From Lobosporangium transversale (Eukaryota), in contig NW_019029015.1 of NCBI RefSeq assembly GCF_002105155.1, positions 124,001 to 188,000 on the forward strand: DNA of 64,000 bases. Reading direction: 5' to 3'. This document shows positions 50,272-62,001 of this stretch, piece by piece (the stretch's first letter is position 1; the number at the start of each line of letters is the position of its first letter). The notes under the pieces were generated by a model that saw nothing but the letters and a program-made list of their open reading frames with translations, did not search any database and had not been told where the DNA came from. Position numbers and translations under genes: made by a program.

Positions 50272-52548
50272 CTAGTTAGAAGATGAAGACGGCACCGCCA
50301 TCAACGCCAAGTTCTCCAATGACGTCTCTTGATCAACATAGTACACCAGCTTTGCATCAAACCCATTCTGCTGTAGATATCGCACACGACCAATGTCAAG
50401 TAATCGCTTGCATTGTTGGCCTAGGCGAGCTCGTGCCTGGAAATCCATTGTGGGAATATGGGTACTATCATTAAAACATGAAGAGTAGTATTAGATAAAA
50501 GAAAAAGAAGCAGCATCCAGTAAGAATATGAATGGGCTAAACAGCATCATGTTGATCCATTGAAGAAGGAAAAAACAAAAAAAACAAAATAAAATAAAAT
50601 AAAATTTGGCATTCACATACCTGAGTTTATCCAATGCAGAGTCAGCTTCGATACGGTGGTCGTCGTCATCACCAGTGATATCATTAGGGCTATTAGCATT
50701 GTTTTCATCACTGCTATCAGGCTTACTATTACTCGTTTTCTCGGTCTTGGTCTGGTTCACACAAACAGCCCAGCTGCTCATACGCGTCAAATAGACAAAC
50801 TCTTCAGGATTAATGTCAATCTCTTCCAAGAATTCCTGATTGGGATACATGTAATGATGGCACAATTGATGACAACAAAGCGCTATAAGAATGCCCTTGA
50901 CAGGTGAAGGGAGACTTGAGCGACCACGTTCGCTGGCAAAGAAAAAGAAATAAAGATACTTATTAATATCATATCGAGTAATTGTATCCATCACATCCTC
51001 GTTTTTCAACCCTTTGGCAGATACTCACGTCGCTTGGAAGTTGGTAAGACATTTGAGCGTCAAATCTGTTGCGCCTCCGCACAAGTGTTTCGATATAGCT
51101 ACAACCGGTTTCTTTTGCACATATTGTGGTTCCTTTGATCCTCCTTCATCTTTGGACTTCTCTTCAACAGGTGGTGTCCTCTGTGTCGCTGTGACATCTA
51201 TCCTCAATTCAGGCACTTCTGCCAAAACCAGATCTTTGATATCCATAGTGTGCCTCTTCACTAATGACTTGATCTCCTCCTGACCTAGCAGAATGCTGTC
51301 AAACTTATTCCTAGAGGGAGTCCGATCTACAAGGACAAAAGTTGCTGTTCCATGATCATCCACCGCAATTTTGAGGTAATTTGATAGCTCTCCACGACCT
51401 GCGCCAAACTCGACATAGCATGTGGTTGGATCATCCAACATATGAAGTCGTTCCATATTCCCAAGAAGGGATGCTTGTTGACGAGCATGCTTGATATTCT
51501 TAATCATCTTTCTAGTTACATCGCAGCAGTTTGGACAAGCAATCTGAGGTGTTCGTTGAGTGTTTTTTTTTTTTTTTTAAACAATTTACTCGATATCCGT
51601 TTTTTGTGTTGGCTTGGAACTTACTTGCGCTCATCTAAGGCAGGATGGTCCAAAATCACTGTCTGGATTTCTGGAACATATTTCGTGTACATATCCTGGA
51701 TTTTTTTAACTAAGGCCACAAATTGATCACTAGAAAGTGTTGAGAGGATGTCGCTGTTTGTTTGAATTGCCTTTGCTCCTGAGTTTGAGGGTTGAGCAGC
51801 CCCTTGGCTATCCCCAATGTCTGATGATCCTTTGGGCGCTGGTAAGGTGAGATTAATATCCTTTGAGTATTGGGCTGGTTCATCCTTTGGGCGTGCATTG
51901 CATTTATACAAATGAGCCTTTAGATCGTCCGCCCAAGCAGTGCTGGAAAGTAGTCAATAGTTTTAATGTTATGAATGGCTAATTTTGATAAAAAACCCGA
52001 TCCAAAGGGACAAGTAACCAGGCAAAGCCATCTCTTTCAATTGAACACTTACTGACTGGGATCGAATGGACATGGAATACGTTTTCGGGCCGTTTGTTGA
52101 AAGCCTTCGCCTTCCGTTTTGGCTCCATTCTCGTTGGCATTGGATGTTGATGTGGGATCAGCCGTAGTTTCGTACATCGAATGCTCTCCACAAAACTTAT
52201 TGCCAAGTTTCGTGGTGAGGCTACAATACTTGCCCTTGCTCAGTAACAAGAAATGACATTGCCTCGGACGTGATGGGACTGGGGGAGGGGGCCCTATAAG
52301 AACATAGGCGATAGGAAGGAAAGAGGTAATCATTGCCTTGGCGTCAGTCCTTCATAGGTGATTCCTTTTTGCCCTGGATTAATAATAGTCCAATGTCCAC
52401 AATTCATCCGCTACTGACCCTTGGTCTTCTGACGTTTGTTGCGAGGTCTGTGGTTGAGAACAGGTGGCTCGAGAGTTCCTGCTAACGCCTTTGCCACCGG
52501 ATCAGTCCCATTCTCATGAGGTCGTTTCGTGTCCTTGTTGTCGCTCAT
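50272..52548 (-). CDS. TRM13: tRNA:m4X 2'-O-methyltransferase Trm13, multi-exon
   Basis: CCCH finger QCHF..YC..FCGEH; CHHC finger RIPCPFDPSH..HLYKC; VEFGAGRGELS; SKHLCGGATDL; IALCCH; CKRLLDIGR..SLEN. Confidence 0.95.
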
Positions 52549-52795
52549 TGCAATTGATGTCAAGATGTTAAATAAATCTTTTTGCGGTGTGTTTTGATAA
52601 ATTCGCCCAATAATCAAGAAATAGTGACTGTTGACCATTTGATTTGCCACCAAGGCCTAATTGATCAATACAACATTCTTCGCCCTCGAAATAAGCAACC
52701 GATTCTTCACCAGTTTCATAAAACAGCATTCAGAAAGTCATCCAATTGTGGGATTTTGGCTCCTTTTCTCATTCATACTCTATTTTCCTCTTCTA

Positions 52796-53379
52796 ATGGA
52801 TCCATCAGGACTACCTCGAACATCTGGTTCCACCCAAACGTCATTCCCTAATGCTTACAGCCAGAACACAAACAACAGTGGTACGAGCGACAGTGGGGGC
52901 TACTATGTTCCGCCTTCGTCCGAGCTAACATCCTCAGATCATGATAACGCATTGGGAGTCATCGAAGCAGCATTCAAACAAACAGACTGTATGCTGGATC
53001 AGCGAGATATGAAAGCGTTTGGTAAGTTTACAAATCTAATATCTCTTTCCCACTCCATCTGCACTACTGGAGTGAGGCTTTCATTTACCAATAGGTATTT
53101 TTCATTCCTCTACTATATCTATCAGGAGATAATTCAGAGAGCATCTTTCAGGAACTCAACAATATCAGGAAGAAACAGTTGGCATTGGCTGCGAAACATA
53201 TCAGTATTGAGACAGTTGCAGACGATGACAGGTCATTAGCACCTGATGGGAAACTTTTAGATGCGGCCGAGAAGGACGAAATTGATCCATTCCAATTCGC
53301 GAGGAAAGGAAAAGAACTGCAGGATCTCATGGCCAGTGTATGTTTTACATTCCAGATCGTTTCCCTTTCATGCCTCATG

Positions 53380-53413
<34 letters not shown>

Positions 53414-53730
53414 TTGGTAATAAAAGACAGGAAAAACTGATGATTGTTCTCGATTCGATCTCTTTGTATTTTGCTCTTTCTTTTTATCTTCATATGTTAT
53501 GTTAGCTGGAAGATCTAGGTCGATCCATGTATGTTGAACATGTTGCTTGTTTGGACAAAAAAAAAAGTTATGTTGTAAAGGGTTTTTTTAAAAAAAAAAA
53601 AAAAAAAAAACTGATTTCATTCATCCTATGCTCTTATGGCAACTTTAGGTCTGATTTCCATGAACTTTCGAATTCGACCAAGAAACAGCCAACATTTGTT
53701 TCATATCCTTCATCAGCTCCAAGAAAATAG
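52796..53730 (+). CDS. Small coiled-coil protein resembling CCDC28 (DUF4061); 4 exons (52796-53021, 53126-53337, 53506-53528, 53649-53730)
   Basis: In-frame GT-AG introns give ..MKAFGDNSESIFQELNNIRKKQLALAAKHISIE..LQDLMASLEDLGRSMSDFH... The family call is from recalled motif pattern only. Confidence 0.7.
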
Positions 53731-53947
53731 TATTTGTCCATTGTATAAATAGTACATTTATTTCCTTCATTTAATATATACCCATTTCTCTTTGGAAATA
53801 AATCATTACTTTTTATTAACCGTAGATGCGGTTGCGGTCCCTCTTGTGAAGTAATAAGTCCTTGACCTCCCCATAAGTTCGATGCAAGCTTGCATATCGC
53901 CTTTGTATATTTGAGCAAAGTATAACAGAAAAAAATTTTCTATTGAT

Positions 53948-54312
53948 TCATTGCGATTTTGATGCGTCAGAGAACCAGCCTTCAGTCTTGACTCTTTCTA
54001 ATTTACGCTGCACAAGTTCTTTGAGAGTCCATTCCCGTGGGTGGTCGCGCTCATAAAGAAAGTATGCACCAACTCCACAGACAAGCGAGAATACCACATC
54101 GCCTCTCCTAAATGCCAAACAGGAATATGATAGGTAGCATCAGTAAGCAAGCTCTTTATAAAGTAAAATAAAAGTAAATAATAATAATAATAACAATAAC
54201 AATAATAACAAATAAATAAATAAAAGGAATAAGCATGTTACTTCGGTCAGGAATGTAAAAGTAGCAGGTAAGATTCTTACTTGGAAATGAGATATGTGTA
54301 TTTGACGGGCAT
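53948..54312 (-). CDS. NCE101: Non-classical export protein 1 (NCE101)-like 63-aa protein, absent from the ORF track; 2 exons (54312-54281, 54107-53948)
   Basis: Spliced translation MPVKYTYLISKRGDVVFSLVCGVGAYFLYERDHPREWTLKELVQRKLERVKTEGWFSDASKSQ*. The YLISK..D..F....G..AY.LYE pattern matches the NCE101 family. Canonical GTAAG/TAG intron. Confidence 0.8.
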
Positions 54313-54519
54313 GATCGATTTAAAGAATGAGAGACAAATGCGACGAATGTTGATCACATCTAAACTAAATCGCCACCAAAAGGAAAATTGAAATATCCAG
54401 TCATAGAGTTGTATATCTCGCTACCAGTATACCGTCTATTTTTGAACAACTTATCAAGATGCATTAAATTTCTTACAAAATGATGAAAGCTTACAAATTT
54501 TTGAAGGCGCTCCTAACGC

Positions 54520-55838
54520 CTATGAACTCGTTGGCTTGAACTTGTTGGGCCTCGTTTGTGTAGTCATATGGGACAGGCACACACGCACGATGTTCTCGGA
54601 TTCGACCATGTCACGATCACAATATATCTGACAGCTTCGTATGCAGCTTTCTGAGCTTTTCTCAAGTCCCAAGTCTCTCCGAGATACCATTTGTTGAGAT
54701 AAAAAGACCGAAGTCTTTCCCCCTCTCCATCCCTGTACAGGTACTCCAAGTACGAATTGATCCCTGAAAGCGTCATGGGCGGCAGCGCTGACTCGATCAG
54801 ATCGATAGGCCTTTCTCTCTTCAAGCAAGTGACAGTACTTGATATAAGGCCCGTACAAGAACGATCGACGGATGGTGGTGAAGCGGCGGACTTGGGGCTC
54901 CCCTAGGTTCAGAGCTATTCCAACCATTGTCTTTACCTCTCCAGGATCCATCCCAACGACAAACGGTGTCGGGCCGGAACTTGAGGACGTTTCATCGAAA
55001 ACAACCTTGACACTCCTTAGCATCTTGGAGCCTCGTTTCCAGTTAATGCTAGAGGCATGCGCTCTTTCCGTATCCGAAGTGTCAGACTCATCGTCCGAGG
55101 AGATTGGTCCAGAGTCAGGAGCCCTTGGGGGCACGGAAGTATGTGGTGCTCCACCTCGCGCACGTTTCGCGGCCGCAGACGGGACGGCGCTGAGCTTTCG
55201 CTTGGCACTAGTACATAAGTGAGCCTTTGATGATGAGCTTTCAGCTTCCTGCTCCTCAAGTTGCAAAAGAGCGCCTTCCATGTCATGAATGAATGCCTTG
55301 TCCAGGTCGAACTCGTCGTCACCCTCACCAAAAGATCGCCATTTTCATCATCGGGTGGGGGTCTGAATGAAGACGCTCGAGCTTTTGGACGCTCCTTAGT
55401 GGTGTCATATGATAACAGGTTGAGCACGAGTCCATTGGTGCAGATGGTCCCCTTCAACTTGAACCGATCCGATAATGTATCCATTTGCAGCCCCATCTTG
55501 CCATGATATCCGTTTATGCGCCGACGGGTTCGAACAGGGCAGAGCAAGCTATTGATCAACAACCCCTTACACCTCAGAACCAGCCGGACAGCTTCAGCAA
55601 CGGTCGCGTCATTTGCTAATTCTAATGCATGGAGGGCCTTACAACGCGTGTCCTCGTGGCCGTGGAAGATGTGCAACAAATCCTCCTCAGATAGGTAGAT
55701 GAATGTAGGCATGTGTTTACTTTTTGGAAAGTCTGCAAACTTTCCTGTTTGGCTATTTTTCTCGAAAAAGTAGTCAATCGGGTTTTTGTTTCCTGGCCGC
55801 TGTCCAGTCTCAGAGAGAACTGTCTGAGATACATCCAA
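54520..55838 (-). pseudogene. Decayed Fanzor1/TnpB-like RuvC endonuclease gene (two frameshifts plus an internal deletion)
   Basis: FKLKGTICTNGLVLNLL, RuvC-I-like PFVVGMDPGEV, bridge-helix-like LRSFYLNKW..WDLRKAQKAAYE, RuvC-III-like C..YCDRDMVESENI..TRPNKF*. RuvC-II and most of the Zn finger are missing. The 5' boundary is uncertain and may extend to ~56250. Confidence 0.75.
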
Positions 55839-57097
55839 TTAAAAAAAAAAAAAAAAAAAAAAAAATCAAACCTGGCTTTGGTACTTTGGCTTTACCACAA
55901 TAAATGATGCTGTGTATTTGTCAAACGATCGAATTACAATAATGGTCATAAGAAGGGATAGCAGAAACAGCATGGATACGTCTATCGAGACTTTGGAAGT
56001 TTGTTGACATTGAGCATTGAATATTCCGCCAAATCCCCTCTTAATCTCACTCATGCGCGCTGGGTATGGCTCGTGCTCACACAAATTATCTACACTCACT
56101 TGACTTGCCAGTAAAAATTAGCAAGAATGGTCTCAAAAGCCCTTTTAGTGAAAAGCAATATCAACTACCATACCAAAGGTTTGGAGCGGGCATTTGTATT
56201 CGTGTTCATTGACGACCAGGGCCACTTGAGCTTGCTTGCGACATCTAGTGTCATGTTATACATTTCAATGGCTCAAAGATCCATTTCCATCCTTGGGTAT
56301 AAGTAATTTAGAATATGTATTGCCAGCAAAACTGATTTCTATTTGAAAAAGAGACTGTACTCAAAATGAACAAGAACACTCGACTTAAAATGTTTCTAAC
56401 AAACAATGTTTATTGCTAACTATTTAACATGTTACCGCGTCGGAACTGTGCACTACTCGAAGGAAGGGTAGCTTCTGAACCAAAGGAGCTTTTTTGTTGT
56501 TGTTTTTTTTTTTTTTTTTTTTTTTAGAAGGAAGTCTTGATATTAGTGAATTATTAAGTTGTTTGCTGGTTGCCTTTAGTTGTCTGTGTAATTCGTTGTG
56601 TGAGCGAAGCCATGAGTTGTCTGTCTAGTATCATATATTGCTCCAGATTATGTGTGATAAATAGCATACATCTTTTGTCGCCTGTTTTGCTGCCGTAGTC
56701 CAAGGTTTTTATTTCAAAAGCATGGCATCAATTTTTTTTTTCACAATTGCTCAAACTGAATTTGCTGTCCAAAAAAGGTAGTGTTGTAAGTGTTGTATTC
56801 AATTTAGTGTTAATGAAAGTTAAGCGGGCGGGATTCTCATTTGACAGGATTTGGTATTGTTTTTATGGTTTACTTGGTCGTCAAATGAGAATCCCCCGAC
56901 TAAAAATGGTAATAACGTGGCTGGTTTCTTCACATTGTCCGACAATGCAATGATGCAAAACGAATGGAATGGAATGGGGTTCATGAAAGAAAAAAAGTGA
57001 ATTAGCTGAACTATAAAAAGACAGCATAGTTTTCTCTTCTTTCTTTTTTCCTTTGGTTAAGACTCAATATCCATCACTCTCTCTTCCTTCCTCTCTA

Positions 57098-57135
57098 TTC
57101 TACTCTACTCTACTCTACTCTACTCTACTCTACTC
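57098..57135. repeat. (CTACT)n pentanucleotide repeat, ~7 units, upstream of the TDG gene
   Basis: Directly visible. Confidence 0.9.
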
Positions 57136-57201
57136 CTTTCTCTTTCCAATTATCCTCCTCTGAGGAGTATTCACAACCAACAGCAACACAAAACTCATAT
57201 A

Positions 57202-57260
57202 ATGACTGAATTCTCTTCTCTCGTATCAAACTTTGCTCACAAAAGTAATGAAAAGAGTCG

Positions 57261-57308
<48 letters not shown>

Positions 57309-59191
57309 GAATGATAGGGGCAAGAGGCGTGCTGAAGAACCCAAAGGCAAACAAGTGAAGGATCAGGATGTGGGAGGAGAAGAAGAAGACCTTAGTAACA
57401 CCAGCCGAGATGATAGTGATGATATTCAGTCAGAAAGCCCTGATACCTCGGGCGTGAATGCATCCTCTCCATCAGTGAGACAACTCAGAAAGAGTCTTCG
57501 ACTTCACAATATTTCCACCTCTTCAGCTTCAGCTTCGACTTCAGCTTCGACTACTAATCCAGAAAGAGCACAACCACTTATCACTCGAACCATTAGTGCT
57601 AACAGTATCAAAGCGAGACCACATTACAAACGAACGATCGCCGAAAATGAAACGACTGCTGGATCTGTATGTAGTTTCGATTGTTTTTTTCTTTTTTTAG
57701 TAAAAGAAAAAAAAAAAAAAAAAAAACCTGCCTAAAGAGGAAAAAAAAAATGTATACATGTATAGTAGACTGACGATCGTTTTTTTTTTTTTTTTTTTTT
57801 TCTTTATTTTTTTAATGACAGCCGGCCAAGGTCAAGAAACGAAACCCTGGTTATTCTGCACCTTCAGTATATGCACATCTGTCATATGTCCCAGATATTA
57901 TCGATTACGACCTGGATGTCCTATTCGTAGGCATCAATCCAGGAGTTAAAAGCAGTGAACGAAGCCGTCATTTTGCAGGCCCAACAAACCACTTTTGGCC
58001 ATGTCTATCTGAGAGTGGTAAGATTCAAAAAAAAAAAAAAAAAAAAAAAAAAAAGATTGACTTTCGATCATGGAATACATAAAATGGTGGCGGCTCTTAT
58101 TTTTTTTTTTACAAATATATTTTGGGCTGCGCCGCTTTTTATTATTCTCCTTTGTTCATCTAAATGTTACACAAAAAAAAAGTCCCATTTGACGCGTGCT
58201 AATATCTTAATAATAATAATTAATAGGACTCCTTCCTCCTGGCGTCACTATGAGACCTGAAGACGATCGTTCTTTACCCATCATTGCCAACATGGGCTTG
58301 ACCAACCTAGTGGATCGTCCCTCTCGTATGGGGAATGAGCTTTCCGAAACTGAATGTCGTGCGGCTGCACCGACCCTGACAGCCAAGATCAAGAAGTATC
58401 GACCTCGGTTTGTCTGTTTTATTAGTAAACAAGCCTGGGATATGTATGCTGGTGTCGGTCTAGGCCTTCAAACGGCCTGGGTAAGCTGGTATGATGAACC
58501 AGAAGACCAAATGCTCCTTGGCATGGACCATGGCCATAACCATGGTAATAGCAATGGTAGTAGAAGGAGTCATTCAGTCCAGGACAACCTGGATTCTCAA
58601 GGATATCGTCTAGCACCATTCTTTGAAAGAGGTCCAAGCCTCGATAAGATAAAACGTGAATTAGAAGCACAAGGAGTACCTTTCCAACTCAAGCGAGAGT
58701 TGTCAGAGACCAAGGACGATGGGATCAAGTCGGAGCCATCTGAGGACAAGAAGACCAATGAATTGATGCATGTCAAAAAGGAACCACGGGATGAGGACAA
58801 GATAAAAACCGAGATTAAAGAAGAGCCTGAACTTTCGACTATGAAGATGGAAATCGATACAAAGGACGGGAGTGAGCACGTGGAACTGAAGGCTGATCAC
58901 GCTCATGTCAGAAGCGAGGGCAAAGGCAAAGGCAAAGGCAAAAGCAAAAGCGAAAGTGAAAGCAGAGAAGAAATGGGGCGGTCACGATTAGATGCTAGTG
59001 GGTCTCTGGACTCTAGATCAACTATGAATAGGGGTGCAGTTCGAGGTAGTCGTATGTTTGTGATACCGAGCACGAGTGGGCGCGTGACACACTACAAGAA
59101 AGAAGACAAGCTAGCGTATTTCAAGCAGCTGGCTGAATTAGTTCGTCAAGACCGACGAATGCGTGGTGTAAAAGACCCATGGGACAAGTAA
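57202..59191 (+). CDS. TDG: G/T(U) mismatch-specific thymine/uracil-DNA glycosylase (TDG/MUG, Thp1-like); 3 exons (57202-57666, 57822-58017, 58227-59191)
   Basis: VPDII..LDVLFVGINPG..HFAGPTNHFW, GLTNLVDRPS, MFVIPSTSGR. An (AAC)n repeat encodes poly-Asn at 57262-57306. Confidence 0.92.
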
Positions 59192-59231
59192 CGTGCAAGA
59201 TATAATACGGACTGGAGTTTCTTTATCTGGA

Positions 59232-59268
<37 letters not shown>

Positions 59269-59563
59269 AAGGTGTAAATAGATTCGACTTTTACATCAAG
59301 CATTCTAATAAACATAATATGTATCGTAAATAAAAATAAATTTAGTTAAAATAAATTGCCAATATACATATATTTTATTCTACAAATTTTTTTTCTAGTT
59401 TTTTTGATCCTTTTTCTTTTTTCTTTTGTTCTTTCTTTCTTGAATCCTCTGGATAGGATAGAATGATGGTATTTATCATTGCAACGTAAAATGCTCAAGT
59501 GAAGGGCAGTATACAAATTCATGACGTTGGTTTTTGTTTTTGTTTCTGTTTTTGATCCTTTTC

Positions 59564-60244
59564 TCAGTGTTTGAAGAATGAACAGAGTCGACTTTCTTCC
59601 TCTCTTGTTGTTGGATATGGAGTCTTTGGTAGGCCACGTTTTCTTTCATGATTCAACAAATTGTCACCTTCACCTAGAAAAGAAAATATATAAATATATA
59701 AATATATAAATATATAAATGAATATTAGCAATGTAACCACAGATCACTCAATCGGGGCCACGTTGTTCAATCAATGACGACAATGAGAGGAGTTAAAAAA
59801 AAGGGGGAGGAAAAGAGAAAAGGATGAAAAGGATGGATCGAGTCCCCCTGAACCACAATTTTGGACAAATAAAAGGTTTCTCATTTTCAGTCTAAGTTTT
59901 TATTTTATTTTATTTATTTTTTACCTGATAAGAATCGGACACTTGAATTCCGCTGTCGATTTTGATCCCAGCTGAGATTAGGTGATTGAGCGGATTCATT
60001 TTCGCTATGGTCCCCATTAAATGTAATTGTTGACTCGCCATCGTTCGAGAAGCTGCTATGACTTCTTTTACAGGATGATGGTAAAGTGATGGAGAACATT
60101 GGACGTCTCTGAGCCTTGGTGGATCGAGCGCTAGATTGCATCCCATCACCTGTGTTTTTCTTTTTTGATACAAGGGCGCTACCACTGTTGCTGAGAAATG
60201 CTATGGAGCTAATTGGATCTTTAAGATCTTGCTGGTGCATCATC

Positions 60245-60282
<38 letters not shown>

Positions 60283-60352
60283 TGATATATTTATATACAT
60301 TTATATTTTTTGTTTGTTTGTTTGTAAGTAAATCATTGCTGCTTGGTTAGAA

Positions 60353-60391
<39 letters not shown>

Positions 60392-60444
60392 TATGATATT
60401 GAGCAAAGAGATTAAATCTATACCTGTTCTGAGGCAATGGTCAT
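59564..60444 (-). CDS. Hypothetical 150-aa protein; 3 exons (60444-60424, 60246-59925, 59673-59564)
   Basis: Two GT-AG introns give a continuous 453-nt frame: MTIASEQ-LMMHQQ..RNSSVRFLSG-EGDNLL..GLPKTPYPTTREEESRLCSFFKH*. Confidence 0.6.
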
Positions 60445-61787
60445 TTTGTTTGATATCCAAAGTGTTTGATTGTCTGATTCAAATGAGAAAAAAAAGCTGT
60501 TGTTGCTGTTATGTTGTTTAATGAGATTATGAGAGTATAAGTGTACAAGAGTACGAGAGTATGCGAGAGAATAAAGGGAAAAGGAAGAAAAGAAAAGAGA
60601 GAGAAAAAAAGAGAAGGTCAAAGAGTCCTTTATACTTTTTTTTAAGGAACAACTTGGACAAGTCCAGAATACGCTAGTAATGAAGGTTTGAAAGGAAAAT
60701 TAAACCATGGGTGGCGAGAAAAGAACTACAATAGACTTGTCTAAAACAAGTCTAGTAACATTTAAAAAAATGAATCTGATATTTTAAAAAAAGAGGTTGA
60801 GGATGAAGATGAAACTTTGGAGAGACAGGATCATGTTCTCTATGATCCGATTTAATCTTCTAAAGATGGATACATTACGCTCAAAAAGAACAAAGTGATG
60901 TATACCTTATACCAGTTTTATCTCCTACATAGCATGTCTTGGTGTCTTGGTGTCTTGGTATCTTGGGGGCAGGTTTTTTGAAGTTGTAGACTGCTGATCA
61001 TAGTTGTTGGCGATAAAGGATTTTACCTCATTAACAAAAAGATGAAAACAAAGCGCGTATGGGAACTTGATTCTATCCAAGGGTTTACAAAGCAATTAAG
61101 GACGCGTGGCGAATGGGACATGTAGTGCGAAGTATCAGTGTGTGGGGAGAGTGTGGCGTTCGATGCAATGTAACAATGTGCTGTGGCTTGACCCTCGGCC
61201 CTCTTTCCAAATCGGGACAGAATTCTTCACACGCACGACACGATCGAATCCTTCTTTTGGGGTTTTGTGGGGAATAATTACACGCATAAATATATACATG
61301 TCAATACAAATCATATTAGATGTATTGATCAATTATATAATAATATATAGTCGTCAGTGGCTTTTTTTTCATACTCATCAAGATCCAACCAAGGTCGGAC
61401 TCCCTTGGCGATAAACGATAAACGATAAACGACAAACGGTATACATTTCCGTTTTTCAAGGGCAGCTGAGATGAAGAGGTTGAGAGTCAATAAAATCAAT
61501 GTGTCAATGTGTTTGTGTATGCAGGAAATGATTACCGTACACACAAAAATAATATCCCTCTGCAAAAGCGGACTTGTCTGACTCGAAAAGAATGGAAGAA
61601 AGGAAGGAATTCCTCCATTCCCTTTTTCCTCTCTTCTCTCTTTCTCTTTTCTCTTTTTCTCTTTCTCTCTTTCACACTTATTCATTCATTCATTCAACCT
61701 TCCCACAACTTACCTCCTTTTCCCCTAAAACCTCCATTCATTGTCTCTTTCTCTCCCCTCTTCTATAAAACAACCACTCCATCCACA

Positions 61788-61966
61788 ATGATCTCTACTA
61801 TTTCAAAACCTGTCACCCGTCTGGCACGTCCTCTCTCCACACTCCTTACCTCTTCTCCTGTCCAAGTTCGTCGCCAACTCACCATTAATGCTGCTGCTGC
61901 CTCCGTTGTTGCTGCTCAGCGTCTCAGGTAAAGCATTAACTTTTCCTACGATCACATACGAAGGAA

Positions 61967-62001
<35 letters not shown>

